From NCBI RefSeq assembly GCF_009914755.1, contig NC_060944.1: a stretch of DNA of 64,000 bases, one strand, 5' to 3'. This document shows positions 51,901 to 64,000 of this stretch, one piece after another. The DNA is from the human T2T-CHM13v2.0 reference genome, Homo sapiens. The notes beneath the pieces were generated by a model. It was not told where the DNA came from. It was given only the letters and a program-made list of their open reading frames with translations, and made no database searches. Within the stretch, counting starts at the first letter, position 1; each line of letters begins with the position of its first letter. The translations under genes and the position numbers were made by a program.

Positions 51901-54102
51901 CTCAGAAACTTCTTTGGGATGTTGCATTCAAGTCACAGAGTAGAACATTCCCATTCATAGAGCAGATTTGAAACACTCTTTTTGTAGTATCTGGAAGTGG
52001 ACATTTGGAGCGCTTTCAGGCCTATGTTGAAAAAGGAAATATGTTCCCATAAAAACTAGACGGAAGCATTCTCAGAAACTTACTTGTGATGTGTTTGCTC
52101 AACTAACAGAATTGAACCATCGTTTTGAAGGAGCAGTTTTGAAACACTGTTTTCGTGGAATCTGCAAGTGGATATTTGGCTAGCTTTGAGGATTTCGTTG
52201 GAAACGGGATTACATATAAAAAGGAGACAGCAGCATTCTCAGAAACTTCTTTGTGATGTCTGCATTCAAGTCACAGAGTTGAGCATTCCCTTTCATAGAG
52301 CAGGTTGGAAACACTCTTTTTGTAGTATCTGGATGAGGCCATTTGGAGCGCTTTCAGGCCTATGGTGAAAAAGGAAATATCTTCCCGTAAAAACTATACA
52401 GAAGCATTCTCAGAAATTTATTTGTGATGTGTGCCCTCAACTAACAGAGTTGAACCTTTCTTTTGATACAGCAGTTTTGAAACACTCTTTTTGTAAAATC
52501 TGCAAGAGGATATTTGGATAGCTTTGAGGATTTCGTTGCAAACGGGAATGGCTTCATATAAACTCTAGACAGAAGCATTCTCAGAAACTTCTTTGGGATG
52601 TTTCGATTGAAGTCCCAGTGTTGAACTTTCCCTTTTATAGAGCAGGTTGGAAACACTCTTTCTGCATTCCCTGGAAGTGGACATTTGGAGCGCTTTCAGG
52701 ACGACGGTGAAAATGGAAATATCTTCCAATAAAATCTAGATAGAAGCAACGTCAGAAACTTTTATGTGATGGATCTACTCAGCTAACAGAGTTGAACCTT
52801 TCTTTTGAGAGAGCAGTTTTGCAACACTCTTTTTGTGGAATATGCAAGTGGATATTAGGGCAGCTTTGAGGATTTCGTTGGAAACGGGAATACATGTAAA
52901 AAGCAGACAGCAGCATTCTCAGAAACTTCTTTGTGATGTTTGCATTGAAGTCACAGAGTTGAACATTCCCTTTGAGAGAGCAGGTTTGAAACACGCCTTT
53001 TGTCATATCTGGAAGTGTCCATTCGGAGCGCATTCAGGCTTGTGTTGAAAAAGGAAATATCCTCCCATAAAAACTAGACAGAAGCATTCTCAGAAACTTA
53101 TCTGTGATGTATGTACTCAACTAACAGAACTAAACCATCGTTTTGAAGGAGCAGTTTTGAAACACTCTTTTTGCGGAATCTGCAAGTGGATATTTGGCTA
53201 GCTGGGAGGATTTCGTTGGAAACGGGATTACATACAAAAAGCAGACAGCAGCATTCTCAGAAACTTCTTTGTGATGTTTGCATTCAAGTCACAGAGTTGA
53301 ACATTCCCTTTCATAGAGCAGGTTTGAAACACTCTTTTTGTAGTATCTGGATGTGGACATTTGGATCGCTTTCAGGCCTATGGTGAAAAAGGAAATATCT
53401 TCCCATGAAAACTAGACAGAAGCATTCTCAGAAACTTATTTGTGATGTGTGCCCTCAACTGACAGTGTTGAACCTTTGTTTTGATAGAGCAGTTCTGAAA
53501 CACACTTTTTGTAAAATCTGCAAGAGGATATTTGGATAGCTTTGAGGATTTCGTTGGAAACGGGAATGTCTTCATGTAAACTCTAGACAGAAGCATTCTC
53601 AGAAACTGCTTTGGGATGTTTCAATTGAAGTCCCAGTGTTGAACATTCCCATTCATAGAGCAGGTTTGAAACACTCTTTTTGTACTATCTGGAAGTGGAC
53701 ATTTGGAGCGCTTTCAGGTCTACGGTGAAAAAGGAGATATCTTCCAATAAAAACTAGATAGAAGCAATGTCAGAACTTTTTTCATGATGTATCTACTCAG
53801 CAAACAGAGTTGAACCTTTCTTTTGAGAGAGCAGTTTTGAAACACTCTTTTTGTGGAATATGCAAGTGGGTATTAGGCCAGCTTGGAGGATTTCGTTGGA
53901 AACGGGAATACGTATAAAAAGCAGACAGCAGCATTGTCAGAAACTACTTTGTGATGTTTGCATTCAAGTCACAGAATTGAACACTCCCTTTCACAGAGCA
54001 GGTTTGAAACACTCTTTTTGTAGTGTCTGTAAGTGAACATTTGGATTGCTTTCAGGCCTAAGGTGAAAAAGGAAATATCTTCCCATAAAAACTAGACAGA
54101 AG
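45943..54102 (+). repeat. HOR copies 18-20, each 2720 bp (starts 45943, 48663, 51383)
   Basis: Each has the +A in m3 (46320-21, 49040-41, 51760-61). m1 of copy 18 is chimeric. Confidence 0.93.
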
Positions 54103-57100
54103 CATTCTCAGAAACTTGTTTGTGATGTGTGCCCTCTACTGACAGAGTTGAACCTTTCTTTGCAAAGAGCAGTTTTGAAACACTCTTTTTGTAGAATCTG
54201 CAAGAGGATATTTGGATAGCTTTGAGGATTTCTTGGGAAACGGGAATGTCTTCAGATAAACTCTAGACAGAAGCATTCTCAGAAACTTCTTTGGGATGTT
54301 TCAATTGAAGTCACAGTGTTGAACATTCCCTTTCACAGAGCAGGTTTGAAACACTCTTTTTGTAGTGTCTATAAGTGAACATTTGGCGTGCTTTCAGGCC
54401 TAACGTGAAAAAGGAAATATCTTCCCATAAAAACTAGACAGAAGCATTCTCAGAAACTTGTTCTTGATGTGTCCCCTCTACTGACAGAGTTGAACCTTTC
54501 TTTGCAAAGAGCAGCTTTGAAACACTCTTTTTGTAGAATCTGCAAGAGGATATTTGGATAGCTTGGAGGATTTCGTTGGAAACGGGTATGTCTTCAGATA
54601 AACTCTAGACAGAAGCATTCTCAGAAACTTCTTTGGGATGTTGCATTCAAGTCACAGAGTAGAACATTCCCATTCATAGAGCAGATTTGAAACACTCTTT
54701 TTGTAGTATCTGGAAGTGGACATTTGGAGCGCTTTCAGGCCTATGTTGAAAAAGGAAATATCTTCCCATAAAAACTAGACGGAAGCATTCTCAGAAACTT
54801 ATTTGTGATGTGTTTGCTCAACTAACAGGATTGAACCATCGTTTTGAAGGAGCAGTTTTGAAACACTGTTTTCGTGGAATCTGCAAGTGGATATTTGGCT
54901 AGCTTTGAGGATTTCGTTGGAAACGGGATTACATATAAAAAGGAGACAGCAGCATTCTCAGAAACTTCTTTGTGATGTCTGCATTCAATTCACAGAGTTG
55001 AGCATTCCCTTTCATAGAGCAGGTTGGAAACACTCTTTTTGTAGTATCTGGATGAGGACATTTGGAGCGCTTTCAGGCCTATGGTGAAAAAGGAAATATC
55101 TTCCCGTAAAAACTAGACAGAAGCATTCTCAGAAGTTTATTTGTGATGTGTGCCCTCAACTAACAGAGTTGAACCTTTCTTTTGATAGAGCAGTTTTGAA
55201 ACACACTTTTTGTAAAATCTGCAAGAGGATATTTGGATAGCTTTGAGGATTTCGTTGCAAACGGGAATGGCTTCATATAAACACTAGACAGAAGCATTCT
55301 CAGAAACTTCGTTGGGATGTTTCGATTGAAGTCCCAGTGTTGAACATTCCCTTTTATAGAGCAGGTTGGAAACACTCTTTCTGCATTCCCTGGAAGTGGA
55401 CATTTGGAGCGCTTTCAGGACGACGGTGAAAATGGAAATATCTTCCAAGAAAATCTAGATAGAAGCAATGTCAGAAACTTTTATGTGATGGATCTACTCA
55501 GCTAACAGAGTTGAACCTTTCTTTTGAGAGAGCAGTTTTGCAACACTCTTTTTGTGGAATATGCAAGTGGATATTAGGGCAGCTTTGAGGATTTCGTTGG
55601 AAACGGGAATACATGTAAAAAGCAGACAGCAGCATTCTCAGAAACTTCTTTGTGATGTTTGCATTGAAGTCACAGAGTTGAACATTCCCTTTGAGAGAGC
55701 AGGTTTGAAACACGCCTTTTGTCATATCTGGAAGTGTCCATTCGGAGCGCATTCAGGCTTGTGTTGAAAAAGGAAATATCCTCCCATAAAAACTAGACAG
55801 AAGCATTCTCAGAAACTTATCTGTGATGTATGTACTCAACTAACAGAACTAAACCATCGTTTTGAAGGAGCAGTTTTGAAACACTCTTTTTGCGGAATCT
55901 GCAAGTGGATATTTGGCTAGCTGGGAGGATTTCGTTGGAAACGGGATTACATACAAAAAGCAGACAGCAGCATTCTCAGAAACTTCTTTGTGATGTTTGC
56001 ATTCAAGTCACAGAGTTGAACATTCCCTTTCATAGAGCAGGTTTGAAACACTCTTTTTGTAGTATCTGGATGTGGACATTTGGATCGCTTTCAGGCCTAT
56101 GGTGAAAAAGGAAATATCTTCCCATGAAAACTAGACAGAAGCATTCTCAGAAACTTATTTGTGATGTGTGCCCTCAACTGACAGTGTTGAACCTTTGTTT
56201 TGATAGAGCAGTTCTGAAACACACTTTTTGTAAAATCTGCAAGAGGATATTTGGATAGCTTTGAGGATTTCGTTGGAAACGGGAATGTCTTCATGTAAAC
56301 TCTAGACAGAAGCATTCTCAGAAACTGCTTTGGGATGTTTCAATTGAAGTCCCAGTGTTGAACATTCCCATTCATAGAGCAGGTTTGAAACACTCTTTTT
56401 GTACTATCTGGAAGTGGACATTTGGAGCGCTTTCAGGTCTACGGTGAAAAAGGAGATATCTTCCAATAAAAACTAGATAGAAGCAATGTCAGAACTTTTT
56501 TCATGATGTATCTACTCAGCAAACAGAGTTGAACCTTTCTTTTGAGAGAGCAGTTTTGAAACACTCTTTTTGTGGAATATGCAAGTGGGTATTAGGCCAG
56601 CTTGGAGGATTTCGTTGGAAACGGGAATACGTATAAAAAGCAGACAGCAGCATTGTCAGAAACTACTTTGTGATGTTTGCATTCAAGTCACAGAATTGAA
56701 CACTCCCTTTCACAGAGCAGGTTTGAAACACTCTTTTTGTAGTGTCTGTAAGTGAACATTTGGATTGCTTTCAGGCCTAAGGTGAAAAAGGAAATATCTT
56801 CCCATAAAAACTAGACAGAAGCATTCTCAGAAACTTGTTTGTGATGTGTGCTCTCTACTGACAGAGTTGAACCTTTCTTTGCAAAGAGCAGTTTTGAAAC
56901 ACTCTTTTTGTAGAATCTGCAAGAGGATATTTGGATAGCTTTGAGGATTTCTTGGGAAACGGGAATGTCTTCAGATAAACTCTAGACAGAAGCATTCTCA
57001 GAAACTTCTTTGGGATGTTTCAATTGAAGTCACAGTGTTGAACATTCCCTTTCACAGAGCAGGATTGAAACTCTCTTTTTGTAGTGTCTATAAGTGAACA

Positions 57101-60100
57101 TTTGGCGTGCTTTCAGGCCTAACGTGAAAAAGGAAATATCTTCCCATAAAAACTAGACAGAAGCATTCTCAGAAACTTGTTCTTGATGTGTCCCCTCTAC
57201 TGACAGAGTTGAACCTTTCTTTGCAAAGAGCAGCTTTGAAACACTCTTTTTGTAGAATCTGCAAGAGGATATTTGGATAGCTTGGAGGATTTCGTTGGAA
57301 ACGGGTATGTCTTCAGATAAACTCTAGACAGAAGCATTCTCAGAAACTTCTATGGGATGTTGCATTCAAGTCACAGAGTAGAACATTCCCATTCATAGAG
57401 CAGATTTGAAACACTCTTTTTGTAGTATCTGGAAGTGGACATTTGGAGCGCTTTCAGGCCTATGTTGAAAAAGGAAATATCTTCCCATAAAAACTAGACG
57501 GAAGCATTCTCAGAAACTTATTTGTGATGTGTTTGCTCAACTAACAGGATTGAACCATCGTTTTGAAGGAGCAGTTTTGAAACACTGTTTTCGTGGAATC
57601 TGCAAGTGGATATTTGGCTAGCTTTGAGGATTTCGTTGGAAACGGGATTACATATAAAAAGGAGACAGCAGCATTCTCAGAAACTTCTTTGTGATGTCTG
57701 CATTCAATTCACAGAGTTGAGCATTCCCTTTCATAGAGCAGGTTGGAAACACTCTTTTTGTAGTATCTGGATGAGGACATTTGGAGCGCTTTCAGGCCTA
57801 TGGTGAAAAAGGAAATATCTTCCCGTAAAAACTAGACAGAAGCATTCTCAGAAGTTTATTTGTGATGTGTGCCCTCAACTAACAGAGTTGAACCTTTCTT
57901 TTGATAGAGCAGTTTTGAAACACACTTTTTGTAAAATCTGCAAGAGGATATTTGGATAGCTTTGAGGATTTCGTTGCAAACGGGAATGGCTTCATATAAA
58001 CACTAGACAGAAGCATTCTCAGAAACTTCGTTGGGATGTTTCGATTGAAGTCCCAGTGTTGAACATTCCCTTTTATAGAGCAGGTTGGAAACACTCTTTC
58101 TGCATTCCCTGGAAGTGGACATTTGGAGCGCTTTCAGGACGACGGTGAAAATGGAAATATCTTCCAAGAAAATCTAGATAGAAGCAATGTCAGAAACTTT
58201 TATGTGATGGATCTACTCAGCTAACAGAGTTGAACCTTTCTTTTGAGAGAGCAGTTTTGCAACACTCTTTTTGTGGAATATGCAAGTGGATATTAGGGCA
58301 GCTTTGAGGATTTCGTTGGAAACGGGAATACATGTAAAAAGCAGACAGCAGCATTCTCAGAAACTTCTTTGTGATGTTTGCATTGAAGTCACAGAGTTGA
58401 ACATTCCCTTTGAGAGAGCAGGTTTGAAACACGCCTTTTGTCATATCTGGAAGTGTCCATTCGGAGCGCATTCAGGCTTGTGTTGAAAAAGGAAATATCC
58501 TCCCATAAAAACTAGACAGAAGCATTCTCAGAAACTTATCTGTGATGTATGTACTCAACTAACAGAACTAAACCATCGTTTTGAAGGAGCAGTTTTGAAA
58601 CACTCTTTTTGCGGAATCTGCAAGTGGATATTTGGCTAGCTGGGAGGATTTCGTTGGAAACGGGATTACATACAAAAAGCAGACAGCAGCATTCTCAGAA
58701 ACTTCTTTGTGATGTTTGCATTCAAGTCACAGAGTTGAACATTCCCTTTCATAGAGCAGGTTTGAAACACTCTTTTTGTATTATCTGGATGTGGACATTT
58801 GGATCGCTTTCAGGACTATGGTGAAAAAGGAAATATCTTCCCATGAAAACTAGACAGAAGCATTCTCAGAAACTTATTTGTGATGTGTGCCCTCAACTGA
58901 CAGTGTTGAACCTTTGTTTTGATAGAGCAGTTCTGAAACACACTTTTTGTAAAATCTGCAAGAGGATATTTGGATAGCTTTGAGGATTTCGTTGGAAACG
59001 GGAATGTCTTCATGTAAACTCTAGACAGAAGCATTCTCAGAAACTGCTTTGGGATGTTTTAATTGAAGTCCCAGTGTTGAACATTCCCATTCATAGAGCA
59101 GGTTTGAAACACTCTTTTTGTACTATCTGGAAGTGGACATTTGGAGCGCTTTCAGGTCTACGGTGAAAAAGGAGATATCTTCCAATAAAAACTAGATAGA
59201 AGCAATGTCAGAACTTTTTTCATGATGTATCTACTCAGCAAACAGAGTTGAACCTTTCTTTTGAGAGAGCAGTTTTGAAACACTCTTTTTGTGGAATATG
59301 CAAGTGGGTATTAGGCCAGCTTGGAGGATTTCGTTGGAAACGGGAATACGTATAAAAAGCAGACAGCAGCATTGTCAGAAACTACTTTGTGATGTTTGCA
59401 TTCAAGTCACAGAATTGAACACTCCCTTTCACAGAGCAGGTTTGAAACACTCTTTTTGTAGTGTCTGTAAGTGAACATTTGGATTGCTTTCAGGCCTAAG
59501 GTGAAAAAGGAAATATCTTCCCATAAAAACTAGACAGAAGCATTCTCAGAAACTTGTTTGTGATGTGTGCCCTCTACTGACAGAGTTGAACCTTTCTTTG
59601 CAAAGAGCAGTTTTGAAACACTCTTTTTGTAGAATCTGCAAGAGGATATTTGGATAGCTTTGAGGATTTCTTGGGAAACGGGAATGTCTTCAGATAAACT
59701 CTAGACAGAAGCATTCTCAGAAACTTCTTTGGGATGTTTCAATTGAAGTCACAGTGTTGAACATTCCCTTTCACAGAGCAGGTTTGAAACACTCTTTTTG
59801 TAGTGTCTATAAGTGAACATTTGGCGTGCTTTCAGGCCTAACGTGAAAAAGGAAATATCTTCCCATAAAAACTAGACAGAAGCATTCTCAGAAACTTGTT
59901 CTTGATGTGTCCCCTCTACTGACAGAGTTGAACCTTTCTTTGCAAAGAGCAGCTTTGAAACACTCTTTTTGTAGAATCTGCAAGAGGATATTTGGATAGC
60001 TTGGAGGATTTCGTTGGAAACGGGTATGTCTTCAGATAAACTCTAGACAGAAGCATTCTCAGAAACTTCTTTGGGATGTTGCATTCAAGTCACAGAGTAG

Positions 60101-63100
60101 AACATTCCCATTCATAGAGCAGATTTGAAACACTCTTTTTGTAGTATCTGGAAGTGGACATTTGGAGCGCTTTCAGGCCTATGTTGAAAAAGGAAATATC
60201 TTCCCATAAAAACTAGACGGAAGCATTCTCAGAAACTTACTTGTGATGTGTTTGCTCAACTAACAGAATTGAACCATCGTTTTGAAGGAGCAGTTTTGAA
60301 ACACTGTTTTCGTGGAATCTGCAAGTGGATATTTGGCTAGCTTTGAGGATTTCGTTGGAAACGGGATTACATATAAAAAGGAGACAGCAGCATTCTCAGA
60401 AACTTCTTTGTGATGTCTGCATTCAAGTCACAGAGTTGAGCATTCCCTTTCATAGAGCAGGTTGGAAACACTCTTTTTGTAGTATCTGGATGAGGACATT
60501 TGGAGCGCTTTCAGGCCTATGGTGAAAAAGGAAATATCTTCCCGTAAAAACTAGACAGAAGCATTCTCAGAAGTTTATTTGTGATGTGTGCCCTCAACTA
60601 ACAGAGTTGAACCTTTCTTTTGATAGAGCAGTTTTGAAACACACTTTTTGTAAAATCTGCAAGAGGATATTTGGATAGCTTTGAGGATTTCGTTGCAAAC
60701 GGGAATGGCTTCATATAAACACTAGACAGAAGCATTCCCAGAAACTTCGTTGGGATGTTTCGATTGAAGTCCCAGTGTTGAACATTCCCTTTTATAGAGC
60801 AGGTTGGAAACACTCTTTCTGCATTCCCTGGAAGTGGACATTTGGAGCGCTTTCAGGACGACGGTGAAAATGGAAATATCTTCCAAGAAAATCTAGATAG
60901 AAGCAATGTCAGAAACTTTTATGTGATGGATCTACTCAGCTAACAGAGTTGAACCTTTCTTTTGAGAGAGCAGTTTTGCAACACTCTTTTTGTGGAATAT
61001 GCAAGTGGATATTAGGGCAGCTTTGAGGATTTCGTTGGAAACGGGAATACATGTAAAAAGCAGACAGCAGCATTCTCAGAAACTTCTTTGTGATGTTTGC
61101 ATTGAAGTCACAGAGTTGAACATTCCCTTTGAGAGAGCAGGTTTGAAACACGCCTTTTGTCATATCTGGAAGTGTCCATTCGGAGCACATTCAGGCTTGT
61201 GTTGAAAAAGGAAATATCCTCCCATAAAAACTAGACAGAAGCATTCTCAGAAACTTATCTGTGATGTATGTACTCAACTAACAGAACTAAACCATCGTTT
61301 TGAAGGAGCAGTTTTGAAACACTCTTTTTGCGGAATCTGCAAGTGGATATTTGGCTAGCTGGGAGGATTTCGTTGGAAACGGGATTACATACAAAAAGCA
61401 GACAGCAGCATTCTCAGAAACTTCTTTGTGATGTTTGCATTCAAGTCACAGAGTTGAACATTCCCTTTCATAGAGCAGGTTTGAAACACTCTTTTTGTAG
61501 TATCTGGATGTGGACATTTGGATCGCTTTCAGGCCTATGGTGAAAAAGGAAATATCTTCCCATGAAAACTAGACAGAAGCATTCTCAGAAACTTATTTGT
61601 GATGTGTGCCCTCAACTGACAGTGTTGAACCTTTGTTTTGATAGAGCAGTTCTGAAACACACTTTTTGTAAAATCTGCAAGAGGATATTTGGATAGCTTT
61701 GAGGATTTCGTTGGAAACGGGAATGTCTTCATGTAAACTCTAGACAGAAGCATTCTCAGAAACTGCTTTGGGATGTTTCAATTGAAGTCCCAGTGTTGAA
61801 CATTCCCATTCATAGAGCAGGTTTGAAACACTCTTTTTGTACTATCTGGAAGTGGACATTTGGAGCGCTTTCAGGTCTACGGTGAAAAAGGAGATATCTT
61901 CCAATAAAAACTAGATAGAAGCAATGTCAGAACTTTTTTCATGATGTATCTACTCAGCAAACAGAGTTGAACCTTTCTTTTGAGAGAGCAGTTTTGAAAC
62001 ACTCTTTTTGTGGAATATGCAAGTGGGTATTAGGCCAGCTTGGAGGATTTCGTTGGAAACGGGAATACGTATAAAAAGCAGACAGCAGCATTGTCAGAAA
62101 CTACTTTGTGATGTTTGCATTCAAGTCACAGAATTGAACACTCCCTTTCACAGAGCAGGTTTGAAACACTCTTTTTGTAGTGTCTGTAAGTGAACATTTG
62201 GATTGCTTTCAGGCCTAAGGTGAAAAAGGAAATATCTTCCCATAAAAACTAGACAGAAGCATTCTCAGAAACTTGTTTGTGATGTGTGCTCTCTACTGAC
62301 AGAGTTGAACCTTTCTTTGCAAAGAGCAGTTTTGAAACACTCTTTTTGTAGAATCTGCAAGAGGATATTTGGATAGCTTTGAGGATTTCTTGGGAAACGG
62401 GAATGTCTTCAGATAAACTCTAGACAGAAGCATTCTCAGAAACTTCTTTGGGATGTTTCAATTGAAGTCACAGTGTTGAACATTCCCTTTCACAGAGCAG
62501 GATTGAAACTCTCTTTTTGTAGTGTCTATAAGTGAACATTTGGCGTGCTTTCAGGCCTAACGTGAAAAAGGAAATATCTTCCCATAAAAACTAGACAGAA
62601 GCATTCTCAGAAACTTGTTCTTGATGTGTCCCCTCTACTGACAGAGTTGAACCTTTCTTTGCAAAGAGCAGCTTTGAAACACTCTTTTTGTAGAATCTGC
62701 AAGAGGATATTTGGATAGCTTGGAGGATTTCGTTGGAAACGGGTATGTCTTCAGATAAACTCTAGACAGAAGCATTCTCAGAAACTTCTATGGGATGTTG
62801 CATTCAAGTCACAGAGTAGAACATTCCCATTCATAGAGCAGATTTGAAACACTCTTTTTGTAGTATCTGGAAGTGGACATTTGGAGCGCTTTCAGGCCTA
62901 TGTTGAAAAAGGAAATATCTTCCCATAAAAACTAGACGGAAGCATTCTCAGAAACTTATTTGTGATGTGTTTGCTCAACTAACAGGATTGAACCATCGTT
63001 TTGAAGGAGCAGTTTTGAAACACTGTTTTCGTGGAATCTGCAAGTGGATATTTGGCTAGCTTTGAGGATTTCGTTGGAAACGGGATTACATATAAAAAGG

Positions 63101-64000
63101 AGACAGCAGCATTCTCAGAAACTTCTTTGTGATGTCTGCATTCAATTCACAGAGTTGAGCATTCCCTTTCATAGAGCAGGTTGGAAACACTCTTTTTGTA
63201 GTATCTGGATGAGGACATTTGGAGCGCTTTCAGGCCTATGGTGAAAAAGGAAATATCTTCCCGTAAAAACTAGACAGAAGCATTCTCAGAAGTTTATTTG
63301 TGATGTGTGCCCTCAACTAACAGAGTTGAACCTTTCTTTTGATAGAGCAGTTTTGAAACACACTTTTTGTAAAATCTGCAAGAGGATATTTGGATAGCTT
63401 TGAGGATTTCGTTGCAAACGGGAATGGCTTCATATAAACACTAGACAGAAGCATTCTCAGAAACTTCGTTGGGATGTTTCGATTGAAGTCCCAGTGTTGA
63501 ACATTCCCTTTTATAGAGCAGGTTGGAAACACTCTTTCTGCATTCCCTGGAAGTGGACATTTGGAGCGCTTTCAGGACGACGGTGAAAATGGAAATATCT
63601 TCCAAGAAAATCTAGATAGAAGCAATGTCAGAAACTTTTATGTGATGGATCTACTCAGCTAACAGAGTTGAACCTTTCTTTTGAGAGAGCAGTTTTGCAA
63701 CACTCTTTTTGTGGAATATGCAAGTGGATATTAGGGCAGCTTTGAGGATTTCGTTGGAAACGGGAATACATGTAAAAAGCAGACAGCAGCATTCTCAGAA
63801 ACTTCTTTGTGATGTTTGCATTGAAGTCACAGAGTTGAACATTCCCTTTGAGAGAGCAGGTTTGAAACACGCCTTTTGTCATATCTGGAAGTGTCCATTC
63901 GGAGCGCATTCAGGCTTGTGTTGAAAAAGGAAATATCCTCCCATAAAAACTAGACAGAAGCATTCTCAGAAACTTATCTGTGATGTATGTACTCAACTAA
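54103..64000 (+). repeat. HOR copies 21-23 (2719 bp; starts 54103, 56822, 59541) and partial copy 24 (start 62260)
   Basis: Constant 2719-bp offset; the window ends within m11 of copy 24. Confidence 0.95.

Larger units (their letters stand above)
1..64000 (+). repeat. Centromeric alpha satellite HOR array, SF2-type dimeric, 16-mer of 2719 bp; probably human chr20 D20Z2 (S2C20H1L)
   Basis: The cattctcagaaac motif recurs every 167-171 bp. Near-identical ORFs recur every 2719/2720 bp (840, 3559, 6278...). CENP-B boxes occur in every second monomer. Alternating 'ggatagctttgaggatttcgttggaaacggg' and 'ggagcgctttcaggcctatggtgaaaaagg' monomer ends match the SF2 D1/D2 types. Alpha satellite identity is near certain; the chr20 assignment (about 0.75) rests on recalling D20Z2 as the SF2 16-mer. 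Confidence 0.98.

Noticed and set aside
840-63924. About 170 short ORFs (60-84 aa) on both strands, some Cys/His-rich
   Set aside because: They are translations of satellite monomers that recur with the HOR period. Many start at TTG/GTG/CTG, they overlap on opposite strands, and single variants switch them on or off. There is no real zinc-finger spacing or gene context.
1-64000. CRISPR-like or other repeat-spacer system
   Set aside because: The sequence between conserved motifs is itself homologous monomer, not unique spacer, and there are no cas or other genes.
1-64000. Assignment to chr17 D17Z1 (also a ~2.7-kb 16-mer)
   Set aside because: D17Z1 is pentameric SF3 and was defined by an EcoRI periodicity. 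This array is strictly dimeric with SF2-type ends and lacks a per-HOR EcoRI site.
1-64000. L1/Alu insertion or inversion
   Set aside because: All offsets are 2719, 2720 or 2377 bp, there is no non-alphoid sequence or poly(A), and all CENP-B boxes are on the + strand.

Overview
The whole 64 kb is one uninterrupted, head-to-tail array of primate (human-type) centromeric alpha satellite in a single orientation. It consists of ~171-bp monomers, with CENP-B-box monomers alternating with box-less monomers (dimeric, suprachromosomal family 2 type). The monomers form a 16-monomer higher-order repeat (HOR) of 2719 bp (11x171 + 1x170 + 4x167 bp). There are 23 complete HOR copies plus a partial 24th. 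Size and family best fit the live chromosome 20 array D20Z2 (S2C20H1L); this is recalled knowledge, not a database match. I see no genes, transposon insertions, inversions or CRISPR array. All listed ORFs are by-products of the repeat, and I found no novel gene system. The informative signal is the array's recombination history: one 14-mer deletion variant, out-of-register conversion patches next to it, 2-HOR 'super-repeats', a +1 bp HOR subtype, local haplotype blocks, and a skewed pattern of CENP-B box loss. Monomer numbering (m1-m16, m1 starting at nt 56) and copy numbering are my own. Variant lists come from manual reading and may be incomplete.
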